IMG/VR virus record: IMGVR_UViG_2889023381_000003
Location: 54,662 to 74,661 of that record
DNA length: 20,000 bases
From: an uncultured virus (IMG/VR IMGVR_UViG_2889023381_000003)
Lineage: Duplodnaviria > Heunggongvirae > Uroviricota > Caudoviricetes
Strand: one strand, 5' to 3'
The notes beneath the pieces are model-generated. The model had not been told where the DNA came from, made no database searches, and saw only the letters and a program-made list of their open reading frames with translations. The translations under genes and the position numbers were made by a program. The first letter of the stretch is position 1. The number at the start of each line of letters is the position of its first letter. Positions 8,066 through 15,900 of the stretch are shown here, piece by piece.

Positions 8066-8936
8066 CGGCTTCGTCCCAGCCCTCTCGCTTCGGTGTTTCG
8101 ACTTCGACTTGCTTTCCGGCTTTCAGCCAGCGATCCATGCAAACGCCAGCGGCCTTGTGTCCGGGCCTGCACCAGATGCCGCCGATCTTCTGCAGCGGAT
8201 CATGATCGGCCCAGATCACCAGCCGGTCGATGTCGCCGATCACCGGGAAGGTCTGGATCAGCGATGTCGAGCCAAGCGCCCATGTCGGCGCGTGATCCAT
8301 CGCGATGCAGGCAAGCGCGGTCTCCGGCCCTTCGGCGATATGCAGCGTGCTGCCGATCTTCGGCTGCAGCTGCATCGCAGCGCCGCTGCAGGTGCCGAGC
8401 ATCATGCCCTTGCCGATCTTGCGGCCTTGGCGATCCAGAAACAGCCGCTGAACTGCGGTGACCGCGCGGCTTGAGATCGAGCGCATCGCGATCACCACCG
8501 CAGGATGCTCGCCACTTTCGCGCGGGCAAGCCGGATGAAACCGAATGTCCTCGATCTCCATCGCCACTGACCAGAGATCGCGGCTCTCGAAATAGCTTTG
8601 TGCGAGCGTGCCCCTGATCGGCTGCGCATCATCGAAAGCGCAGCGCGCCAGCATGCGCATGCGATGCTCGCGCTGATCGCTAAGCGTTTCACGTGAAACT
8701 GGTTTTTGTTCTCGATGAGGTTCAGACATATCCGATGAAGACCAAAGCCCGCGCGAGCGAAGCACAACAATTATGTCTACGGGTTCGCAGCCCGCCAAGC
8801 ATCGGACCTGCACGCTCTCGTGGCCATCGAAGATGATCATGCTCGGGTTGCGATCCTCATGCGCGACGCAGCGGCACTTCCATTGCCTGCCGGATCGCAC
8901 GGCCCCGAGCGCCTGGGCGAGCTGTTCAGCTGTCAT
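8034..8936 (-). CDS. Primase-like protein (Zn-binding domain plus Toprim domain)
   Basis: CRCVAHEDRNPS...CLAGC zinc motif; IAEGPETALA and IWADHD Toprim motifs; coupled to the upstream MTase by ATGA. Confidence 0.88.
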   Translation of the reverse strand: MTAEQLAQALGAVRSGRQWKCRCVAHEDRNPSMIIFDGHESVQVRCLAGCEPVDIIVVLRSRGLWSSSDMSEPHREQKPVSRETLSDQREHRMRMLARCAFDDAQPIRGTLAQSYFESRDLWSVAMEIEDIRFHPACPRESGEHPAVVIAMRSISSRAVTAVQRLFLDRQGRKIGKGMMLGTCSGAAMQLQPKIGSTLHIAEGPETALACIAMDHAPTWALGSTSLIQTFPVIGDIDRLVIWADHDPLQKIGGIWCRPGHKAAGVCMDRWLKAGKQVEVETPKREGWDEADVWSARCARL

Positions 8937-9702
8937 GGCTCACCCCCAATTGCTTGCATGGCAGCGCGGATGAAAGCGCTCGCTGGTCGGTGATCAATGG
9001 CGTTACCGAGGGCGCGCAGCTTATCCACGCGGGCGGGAATCCCATCAGCCACGAGACGAAGTCCGGATTTAACGCGCCGCACTTTCCCGTCGATGCGACA
9101 GTGCGCGAGATCGAACTGATCACTCCCGAATTGAACACTTGCCGGGGCAATTGATCGAGCCGCTTGCGATTCCGCTCGCGCTTGATCGACATGCCCGGTG
9201 TATCCTTCCAGTCTCTGTTCGATGCCGTTGACCAGAAGGCCCACGAACCAGTATCGGTCGCGCAGCTGCTCCGCACCCGCGCATGCGGCCTCGACAGGGA
9301 GCGCCCCCACGGCGTAACCCAGCGCTTCCAGATCACCTCGCACAAGTCGGAGCCAGCGAGGAGCGGTCGCAAGTTGTTCGCCAAAGACCGTTGCAGGTCG
9401 TCGCTCGCCGATGAGCCGAGCCCAAGTCGGCCAAAGGTGCCGTGGGTCTGCCTATCCAGCCTGCTTGCCGATGAGCGAGAACGGCTGGCAGGGGCAACTT
9501 CCTGTCCAAACAGGTCGAGCGTCAGGCCATCGCGCTCCTCGCAGGGCGAGCGACCATCCGCCGATGCCTGCGAAGAAATGGCATGGGTCGAATCCGGCAA
9601 GGTCGGCAGGTCGAACATCGACAATTGATCGTGTATCGACTTCGCCGTCGGCGATGAGCCGTTCGTTGATGAGATTGCGCAGCCATCCTGCGGCATAGGC
9701 AT
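8926..9702 (-). CDS. Overlapping alternative-frame ORF, candidate MTase beta polypeptide (motif IX)
   Basis: 258 open codons almost entirely nested in the MTase gene, in a shifted frame; carries LNPDFVSWLMGFPPAW, resembling motif IX, which is not evident in the alpha frame. Confidence 0.6.
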   Translation of the reverse strand: MPMPQDGCAISSTNGSSPTAKSIHDQLSMFDLPTLPDSTHAISSQASADGRSPCEERDGLTLDLFGQEVAPASRSRSSASRLDRQTHGTFGRLGLGSSASDDLQRSLANNLRPLLAGSDLCEVIWKRWVTPWGRSLSRPHARVRSSCATDTGSWAFWSTASNRDWKDTPGMSIKRERNRKRLDQLPRQVFNSGVISSISRTVASTGKCGALNPDFVSWLMGFPPAWISCAPSVTPLITDQRALSSALPCKQLGVSHDS

Positions 9703-9727
9703 CGATCTCGTTGTAGTAAGCAGTCAC
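8933..9727 (-). pseudogene. DNA cytosine-5 methyltransferase (alpha frame) with an in-frame TAG at 9452-9454
   Basis: From GTG 9727: AYYNEID...FFAGIGGW (motif I)...TGSCPCQPFS (IV)...GKQAG*ADPRHLWP...FGEQL (VI)...QLRDRYWFVG (VIII)...LRALGNAI (X). Track ORFs 9452..10021 and 8933..9343 are in the same frame. Confidence 0.88.
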
Positions 9728-9906
9728 ACCAGCCGTTCCTGCGCGACCTGCTTGCGATAGTCCTCGGCAATGGCGTCCATCAGCTCCAGCTCGCGATTCG
9801 CCAGCGCTTGCGCGATCTTGCCGCGCTCGACCAGCCGCAGATAAATTCGGCGGCGATATTTCAGCTCGCGTTCGGCGCATTGCAGCTTGTCGTGGGCAGT
9901 GATCAT
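9724..9906 (-). CDS. Small hypothetical phage protein (60 aa)
   Basis: MITAHDKLQCAERELKYRRRIY...; ATGA and GTGA overlaps with both neighbours. Confidence 0.8.
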   Translation of the reverse strand: MITAHDKLQCAERELKYRRRIYLRLVERGKIAQALANRELELMDAIAEDYRKQVAQERLV

Positions 9907-10214
9907 GCGTCGCCCTCCAGCTGATCGACGACCGCGCCGACGACCGATGTCGACGCGCCTTGCTATCGCGCGTGATCGCGCTCCTGATGTTGGCCAGCTC
10001 GGCCCCGTACTGCAGTGCCAAGGCTGAGCAGCACAGCGCCGTCGCGCGCTATCGCTTCGACTTGCTCGCCGGATTTGCCGCCGTTGATGAAGACCTCACC
10101 AAGCGCGCCGTCATCGTAGAAGCCGAGCGTGATGGTGTGGCTCTTGGCGAGACCGCCGAAGCTGATCTCGAAAGTCTCGCAGCTACGGCGCTGCGGCAGG
10201 ATGCGGCGCTGCAT
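9903..10214 (-). pseudogene. Stand-alone TSCPD-like (class II RNR C-terminal-like) gene with two opposing frameshifts
   Basis: MQRRILPQRRSCETF...GFYDDGALGEVFI...ARDGAVLLS, then a shift near 10020 to LALQYGAEL...ITRD, then a shift near 9964 to QGASTSVVGAVVDQLEGDA*; ends in an ATGA overlap at 9903-9906. Confidence 0.7.
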
Positions 10215-10677
10215 GCGGCCCTCCCTTCTTGCGGACCACGCGACCGTATCGCTCCAGTGCATCGGCATGGGCCAGCTTGGCCAATGCCTCGCTGCGAAGG
10301 CGGGAGACATTGAAGGCGATATCGGCAGCAGACAGCTCTTCGAGCCTCACATAGACAGGCTCTTCATTTTTTCCCGCGGTACGCACTTTCGGGTAACGCC
10401 ACTGCAGGTCTGGAAACAGCGCATGCTGACGTGATCCCTCATCGTCGTCGTCGTTCGCCTTGCCGCCGTCCTCGAAAAGATCGCGCAACACTGAGCGGGC
10501 AATCTGGCGCAGCTCCAGATGGCAACCCAGCTGCACAAGCATCGGCGCTACTTTCTTCGGATCAAGTTCAAGCATCGCCTCGGTCGCAACCCAGCTCGGG
10601 CTGATGCTAGTCTCGCTGCGGCGTTGGTCGATGATGCGGACGATAATGTTGATCAGTACTTGCGCCTCAGGTGCCAT
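10183..10677 (-). CDS. Hypothetical phage protein (164 aa)
   Basis: AGGAG RBS; tightly packed in the operon. Confidence 0.7.
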   Translation of the reverse strand: MAPEAQVLINIIVRIIDQRRSETSISPSWVATEAMLELDPKKVAPMLVQLGCHLELRQIARSVLRDLFEDGGKANDDDDEGSRQHALFPDLQWRYPKVRTAGKNEEPVYVRLEELSAADIAFNVSRLRSEALAKLAHADALERYGRVVRKKGGPHAAPHPAAAP

Positions 10678-11269
10678 CGGTTGCTCCTATTCGTTTGAGC
10701 CACGCAGCGACGCGCGGCGCGAGGGTGTGAACATCGTCCAGCATGTCGGGCGTCATGGTTTCGAGAATGTCTTCCGGATGGCGGTGCAGCAGCCCATCGT
10801 CGCGGGCGAAATCCATCAGCCGACCCCATAACCACAGCGCTTCCTTGGCGACTGGCGTGATCTTCGGCGGCTCGGTGGCGCGGATGATGCCGTTGGTGGT
10901 CGGCATCTGCGTCTGATCGGTCAGCGCAGCCTCGAATTGCTTCTCGGGAATCGCCGCCAGCTTTTGCCAGTTGGCGGACTGCTTGTGGGTGATGCCGTTG
11001 GCTTTCAAAGAACTGCTGCCCTCGGGGTAGCGGTTCTTTTTGCTGGGCTGGCCGCCCTTCGCCTTCGGCAGCTTGCGCAGCAACTCGCCAGCTTTGCGCT
11101 CGGCGCGCAGGCGTATCTCGCAGGCCTGTCGCTCAGCCTCGGTGTTGTGCGCCTGGCGCGAATAGTGCTCTAGCGCCACCGCCCTGTCGCGGATCGCTTT
11201 GACTTCATCGACCTTGTAAGCGGCACCGATTGCGCGGCACATCGCATCGTATTTCGCCAACTGCGTCAT
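10667..11269 (-). CDS. Hypothetical phage protein; N-terminus resembles a domain often fused to phage MTases
   Basis: MTQLAKYDAMCRAI...VDEVKAIRD...EIRLRAERKAGELL...GIT.KQSA.WQKLA; ATGA overlap with the upstream gene. Confidence 0.75.
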   Translation of the reverse strand: MTQLAKYDAMCRAIGAAYKVDEVKAIRDRAVALEHYSRQAHNTEAERQACEIRLRAERKAGELLRKLPKAKGGQPSKKNRYPEGSSSLKANGITHKQSANWQKLAAIPEKQFEAALTDQTQMPTTNGIIRATEPPKITPVAKEALWLWGRLMDFARDDGLLHRHPEDILETMTPDMLDDVHTLAPRVAAWLKRIGATDGT

Positions 11270-11847
11270 GCTCGCCCCTCCCACGAAATGCGCGAGAGCA
11301 GCGTCGGCCCTCGATGGCGGCGATCCCAGACGATCCAGCAGAAGGCCATCGCGCTCACGGCGCGGCGGCCCTTCCAGCCAGCCCGATGCATCATCGGCAG
11401 GCGCTGGCGGAAGACGTAGACTCGCGCGGGCGGCTGCTCATCGAGACAGAACATCCGTGCTCGGCCAGCTGCGTGGCAGGGATGGCCAGCCTCAAGGAAG
11501 CCGAGCCGCATCAGCATAGCGACGTAAGGGCTCAGCTCGATGGCATGCGCGGCGAAGCGCGCTGCGATCTGGAATGGCGGATTCGTCACGATGCCGCGCG
11601 TCAGCTTCGGCATGCGCTCGCTGATCAGGAAGTCGCGGCCTCGCGCGATGTCGCTGGTCGCTACGCGATGGCCAGCTCGGCGCAGCACGCGGCTGATCGC
11701 ACCGTTGCCGTCTGCGGGCTCCCAGATGCGGCGCGGCAATTTCTCGACGCTCAGCAGGGCATAAACGGCAACCGATGGGGTCTCATAGAGATCGCGCCCG
11801 CGCACAGCGCGCGGATGCGCCTTCGATTGCGTCGAGAGCGCCACCAT
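11266..11847 (-). CDS. SAM-dependent DNA amino-methyltransferase (probably N6-adenine)
   Basis: DLYETP, IWEPADGNGAI (motif I-like), DFL and IVTNPPF (catalytic motif IV). Confidence 0.85.
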   Translation of the reverse strand: MVALSTQSKAHPRAVRGRDLYETPSVAVYALLSVEKLPRRIWEPADGNGAISRVLRRAGHRVATSDIARGRDFLISERMPKLTRGIVTNPPFQIAARFAAHAIELSPYVAMLMRLGFLEAGHPCHAAGRARMFCLDEQPPARVYVFRQRLPMMHRAGWKGRRAVSAMAFCWIVWDRRHRGPTLLSRISWEGRA

Positions 11848-12296
11848 CAGTGCACCTCGAACCTCGAGCGCAAGATTCCGGCTTGCTTCAGGGTGGCGAC
11901 GGCATCATCGAGCGAGCTGGTGACGAGCACCGCGAAGCCACAGGCGACGAGATGCGCCAGCACTTCACTCTGATCTTCCGACACGCGCCCCGTCTTGAAG
12001 CGCTTCAGCTCCAGCCAGAACACGTGCGCGTTGGGGCCGACGAAAATAAAATCCGGCCAGCCTGGCATCGCGCCCATGCGCTGCAGTCGCTGACCGCTCA
12101 GCGAGTATCGCCTGCCGGTGCGTGGATCAACGCGATGCTCGCGCGCTTCGCCGATCGGCAAGTGCGTGAACTTCCAATGCGGGTTAATCCAGCGCTTGCA
12201 GATGTCAGCGAGCGTAGCGTGCGTTGCGAACTCCAGCGGCGGCGGCGGCGCGATGCCTCGTTGCCTCTTGCCCTTGAACAGCGATAGTTGGCGCAT
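11847..12296 (-). CDS. VRR-NUC (PD-(D/E)xK) nuclease / Holliday-junction resolvase-like
   Basis: GAMPGWPDFIF...WLELKR..GRVSEDQ. Confidence 0.85.
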   Translation of the reverse strand: MRQLSLFKGKRQRGIAPPPPLEFATHATLADICKRWINPHWKFTHLPIGEAREHRVDPRTGRRYSLSGQRLQRMGAMPGWPDFIFVGPNAHVFWLELKRFKTGRVSEDQSEVLAHLVACGFAVLVTSSLDDAVATLKQAGILRSRFEVH

Positions 12297-12317
12297 GGCG
12301 GCTCCCTCCGCGCTTCA

Positions 12318-12569
12318 TCAAGCGGCCTGTTCGTTGTTGTTTTCCGTTGTGCCGTAGAAGCCCCAGAGCGAGATCGGCGCAAAGTAGCCTTCGTCCGCGA
12401 GCGCGGCGCGCATACAAAAATAATATTTGCTCGGGAAGAGTCCGCGATACCTGCGCCAATTGCAGACAGCGGCGCACGTCTGGCCGGTGATGCGACCGAC
12501 AGCCACAGGGCCGCCGAGCGCATCGACAACATCGTTGAATGACCAGAGTGGTTGTAGAGGCCGCGTCAT
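12318..12569 (-). CDS. Cro-like HTH regulator
   Basis: DVVDALGGPVAVGRITGQTCAAVCNWRR..FP; first gene of the minus-strand operon. Confidence 0.85.
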   Translation of the reverse strand: MTRPLQPLWSFNDVVDALGGPVAVGRITGQTCAAVCNWRRYRGLFPSKYYFCMRAALADEGYFAPISLWGFYGTTENNNEQAA

Positions 12570-12578
12570 GATGGCGGC

Positions 12579-12608
12579 ATGCTGGGCTTCAAATTATATT
12601 TCAGTCAA
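12579..12608 (-). promoter_or_regulatory. Putative sigma70 promoter for the cro-replication operon (near-leaderless)
   Basis: TTGACT (12608-12603), 18 nt, CAGCAT (12584-12579); ATG about 10 nt downstream. Imperfect inverted repeat TCAAAT-TAT-ATTTCA overlaps the spacer (possible operator). Confidence 0.55.
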
Positions 12609-12759
12609 ATGCGCGAGCCGGTCTTCATTGGCCGCACGCGAGCGCAAGGCTGAGGCCAGATAAGTTCAGCTAGGTCCACATCAGCTCAGGTCGCCGCAAA
12701 CTATTTTTTTGTATGCGAAAAGTGACAGCGCCGCGCTCGAAAAGAATCGCGGCTGCCTC

Positions 12760-12788
12760 TTGACGCAACAAATTTTTCTGCGCGAAAT
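12760..12788 (+). promoter_or_regulatory. Putative sigma70 promoter for the recombination/early operon
   Basis: TTGACG-N17-CGAAAT with AT-rich tracts upstream. Confidence 0.5.
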
Positions 12789-12817
12789 CACAATGCGCTG
12801 AACCTCGCTGCACGTAG

Positions 12818-12950
12818 ATACGGGACGCCGCAGCAGGTGGGAGGACAAAAACTATAATCCAATCGCAGAGCAACAGCCTGCGGCGCACAACACGGAAGCC
12901 ATCCGGCTTATAGCGTACCTCAACCTGCACTTGCGGGGAGGCGTCCCTAT
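12818..12950 (+). ncRNA. Candidate structured 5' leader RNA (long imperfect stem with two apical hairpins)
   Basis: Nested complementary blocks GGGACGCC/GGCGTCCC, GCAGGT/ACCTGC, GAGG/CCTC and CTATAA/TTATAG, with inner hairpins CGCAG/CTGCG and CGGA/TCCG. Confidence 0.6.
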
Positions 12951-13734
12951 GTCTGAGTTCGACTACCAGATCGGCCGCTTCACTGGCACCAGCGCCAATG
13001 TGGTGATGCATGGCAGCGAAGCCGACTGGATCAAGCATTATCGCATGAGGGCCGCGCTCGATTCGCCTGATCCGCCGAACTGGGCGATGCGAGCTGGCGC
13101 TCATATGGAAGCCCTCGTGCTTGACTGGCTCGAAGAACATAGCAGCCCGATCACGCGGCGCGGCGAAGTGGTTTACCATCCCGAGATCGCGGACGTATGC
13201 GCCAAGCTGGACGGCTATCGCGCCGCCGATGACGCCATCATCGAGGTGAAGTTTCTGTCGCCGCAGCGGCACAGGGACGAGTATCTCCCCGCATACTATC
13301 CGCAGACCATGCTGCAGCGGCTCTGCACCGGGGCCAGCAAAGTCGTGCTGGTTGTCGCACAGGGCACCAACGAGCCTATCGACTTCGAGATGGCACATGA
13401 CGCCGATTACGCCGTCGAGCTGATGCGGCGCGCGGGCATCTTCCTGAACTGCTTACGCACCCTGACGCCGCCTTATCCGATCCCGCCAGCGCCGCCGCCG
13501 CCCGAGCGCTGGCGCACGCTCGATATCATCGCCGAGCCGACCAACTGGAGCAGCGAGCTGCTGCTCTAACTTGCCGAATATGACAGCACGGCCGCCGCCG
13601 CCAAGCTGCACGATGAGATGGGCAAGGCCGCCCGCGATCTCGTCCCCGATGATGTCGGCAAGGTCTTCGCTGGCGACTTCCAGATCACCCGCAGCCGCAA
13701 AGGCGTGCTGTCGATCACGAGGAGAGCCGCATGA
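12949..13734 (+). pseudogene. YqaJ/lambda-exonuclease-family nuclease with an in-frame TAA at 13567-13569
   Basis: AMRAGAHME...CAKLDG...IIEVKF...YYPQ motifs. The frame continues past TAA as LAEYD...DLVPDDVGKV...ITRSRKGVLSI to a TGA overlapping the ERF ATG. Confidence 0.82.
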
Positions 13735-14567
13735 ACAATCAGCTGCAAGCCACGAGGGACTATCACAGCGTGATCGAACGCGCCGCGATGGACCCGAATT
13801 TCGACGTGGACAAGCTGGAGCGCTTGGTCGCGATGCAGGAGGCCAGCCAGCAGCGAAGTGCCGATCAGCTGTTCAACGAGGCGCTGTCGAAGGCCGAAGC
13901 CGAGATGAGCGTGATCTCGACCAACGCCAACAATCAGCAAACCAAGTCGCGCTATGCCACCTTCGCGCGGCTCGATGGCGAAATTCGTCCGATCTATACC
14001 GGCCACGGCTTTGGCATCCAGTTCAACACCGAGCCGATGGGCGAGCCGAACGTGATCCGGGTCGTCGGGATGCTGTCGAACGGGATGGCCCAGCGCCGCT
14101 TCCAGGTAGACATGCCCATCGTCACGCAGGGCATTCGCGGGCAGGACATGATGACCCGCACGCACGCGACGATGTCCGCGATCTCCTACGGCAAGCGTGC
14201 ACTGGAGATCATGATGTTCAATCTTGCCATCGGCGATGACGACGACGGCAACCGCGCTGGCGGCTCTTATCGCCCGCCAGCGCCAGCGCCAGCGCCGCGC
14301 TCGATGGATGAGCTGACCGATCCGCACACTGGCGAGGTCGTGGACCACGTCGATCCCTTCAGGCTGGAAATGCACGAGGGCCAGACGTGGGCCGCCTTCA
14401 TCGAGCCGCTGCAGCGCTATCTCAAACACTGCAGGAGCATCGCCGAGTGGGACGAGTGGCGGCTGCTGAATCAGGACTTGCTGCTGAAGCTGAAGGAGAC
14501 GAAGCCGCAGCTATTCCGCCTGTTCGAAAAGAACATCGAAGCCAAGCATGAGGAGCTGACAAAATGA
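13731..14567 (+). CDS. erf: ERF-family single-strand annealing protein
   Basis: N...KSRYAT...SAISYGKR.L...FNLAIGDDDDGN ERF signature; paired with the exonuclease. Confidence 0.88.
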   Translation: MNNQLQATRDYHSVIERAAMDPNFDVDKLERLVAMQEASQQRSADQLFNEALSKAEAEMSVISTNANNQQTKSRYATFARLDGEIRPIYTGHGFGIQFNTEPMGEPNVIRVVGMLSNGMAQRRFQVDMPIVTQGIRGQDMMTRTHATMSAISYGKRALEIMMFNLAIGDDDDGNRAGGSYRPPAPAPAPRSMDELTDPHTGEVVDHVDPFRLEMHEGQTWAAFIEPLQRYLKHCRSIAEWDEWRLLNQDLLLKLKETKPQLFRLFEKNIEAKHEELTK

Positions 14568-14998
14568 GGTGGGTGCTGACGCCTGTTGGCCTTGAACCGT
14601 TCGACGCCGCAGCGCGGGAGTTTCATCGAAGCCAGACCAGCGGCGAGCCGATCACCACGCAGGTGATCGAGATCGAGGCTCTCCATGACCGGGACATGAT
14701 CGAGCACCGCCGCATCATGGCCACCATCAACGATCTGGCCAAGGCGCTGCGCACCACACCAGAGCGAGTGCGCGCCGAGCTGCTGGTCGCGACCGGCAAT
14801 TTCCAACTGCTCGGCGAGCTGCTGGGCCGCGAGGTGGTCGCCATCAATTCGATGTCGCGCAGGAACATGAAGGATCACGAACTGCACGAGTTCTGGGATG
14901 AGGCGAAGGAAGTGATCAACACGAAACTGCTCGCACGAATTGCCGACCCTGCCGAGAAGGATCGCTTGGCGGCAATGCTATCGCTGCAGCCTGCGTGA
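14564..14998 (+). CDS. Hypothetical recombination-associated protein (possibly NinB/DUF1367-like)
   Basis: ATGA-coupled to erf; INSMSRRNMKDHELHEFWD segment. The family call is weak. Confidence 0.7.
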   Translation: MRWVLTPVGLEPFDAAAREFHRSQTSGEPITTQVIEIEALHDRDMIEHRRIMATINDLAKALRTTPERVRAELLVATGNFQLLGELLGREVVAINSMSRRNMKDHELHEFWDEAKEVINTKLLARIADPAEKDRLAAMLSLQPA

Positions 14999-15017
14999 CC
15001 GTATCACGCGCGGCTGC

Positions 15018-15092
15018 GGTTGGTCCGAAGGCTCGCCGTCCTAACACTGCGCCCCAGCCCTGAGAGGGCGGCGGGCCGAAGGATCGAAAACC
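15018..15092 (+). ncRNA. Candidate intergenic RNA hairpin with GAA internal loops
   Basis: GGTT-GGTCC-GAA-GGCTCGCCGTCCT...AGGGCGGCGGGCC-GAA-GGATC-GAA-AACC, with G:U pairs. Confidence 0.5.
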
Positions 15093-15115
15093 AAAACCCA
15101 ACGGAGGAGACCTCG

Positions 15116-15517
15116 ATGACGGAGATGAATGGCGTCCAGCATGATCCCAGCGAAGAGACCGCCGAGCTGATGCTGCGCGACCTGGAGCGGCTGGCGGCAC
15201 GCGCCGATGAGCCGTCGATCCGCGTGCAGGAGCTGGTCAAGGCAAAGATACAGCCCTTCGATCAGCAATCGCACGATCAGATGATCAAGTCCGTCGATCA
15301 GCTGGCCACCGATTGGGTCAGCCAGCTTGAACATTCCCGGCAAAACAACAAGGCGGTCGAACAGCTCGTGCTCGAACGCGCGGCCAAACTCAGGCATGAC
15401 ATCACCGTCCTGCATGTGCTCGGCGCTGCGGCGCGGGCTGAAGCTGCGCGCGGCGACGAGGTCAATTCCAAATTGGCGCAAGAGATCGACAAGCTGGGCG
15501 AGGATCGCGCGGCATGA
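15116..15517 (+). CDS. Hypothetical coiled-coil protein (133 aa)
   Basis: GGAGGAG RBS before ATG 15116. Confidence 0.75.
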   Translation: MTEMNGVQHDPSEETAELMLRDLERLAARADEPSIRVQELVKAKIQPFDQQSHDQMIKSVDQLATDWVSQLEHSRQNNKAVEQLVLERAAKLRHDITVLHVLGAAARAEAARGDEVNSKLAQEIDKLGEDRAA

Positions 15518-15726
15518 GGCGCGGCAGCACGATCAAGAAGAAGATGAGCGTCTGGCACTGCCTTGAGCGGCTGGCCGCCGAAAGGAATCCGCGCCTGATC
15601 GCGCTGATCGAGATCAAGGACGCGCAGCAGCTACTGAAGCTGCGCGCAGCCCTGCAGGCCTTGGCGGCCGGCAAGGCCAGCAAAGCGCAAATCGCCAACG
15701 CCAAACGGCTGCTGGCGCAACCATGA
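15514..15726 (+). CDS. Hypothetical protein (70 aa)
   Basis: ATGA overlap with the upstream gene. Confidence 0.65.
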   Translation: MRRGSTIKKKMSVWHCLERLAAERNPRLIALIEIKDAQQLLKLRAALQALAAGKASKAQIANAKRLLAQP

Positions 15727-15738
15727 GAGGTCGAGTCC

Positions 15739-15900
15739 ATGAGGCGGAAGATTGTCGCCGCGCTCGATGACCACGACTATGAGCAGCTGGAGCTGCTCGC
15801 GACGCTGAGCAGGATCAAGCGGCCCGAGCTGCTGCGCCGGATCATCAGGGCGTATCTCGACAAGGGCAACGCCAACCTCGCCACGGAGCGGGCCAAATGA
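15739..15900 (+). CDS. Ribbon-helix-helix (CopG/Arc-like) protein, 53 aa
   Basis: Below the ORF-track cutoff: MRRKIVAALDDHDYEQLELLATLSRIKRPELLRRIIRAYLDKGNANLATERAK. GAGG RBS; ATGA overlap downstream. Confidence 0.75.
   Translation: MRRKIVAALDDHDYEQLELLATLSRIKRPELLRRIIRAYLDKGNANLATERAK

Noticed and set aside
9452..10021. 189-aa track ORF as a single protein
   Set aside because: It is a chimera of a frameshifted TSCPD-like segment, an off-frame stretch and the MTase N-terminus (true start GTG 9727).
9452..13569. Stop-codon reassignment as an explanation of the internal stops
   Set aside because: The stops are of different types (TAG and TAA), both serve as normal terminators elsewhere in the window, and frameshifts co-occur.
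14271..14297. CCAGCG-type hexamer repeats in erf
   Set aside because: They encode an ordinary Pro-Ala linker.
12670..14429. Minus-strand ORFs 12670..13398 and 13566..14429 as a possible repressor
   Set aside because: Antisense to the exonuclease and erf genes; no HTH or S24 peptidase motifs.
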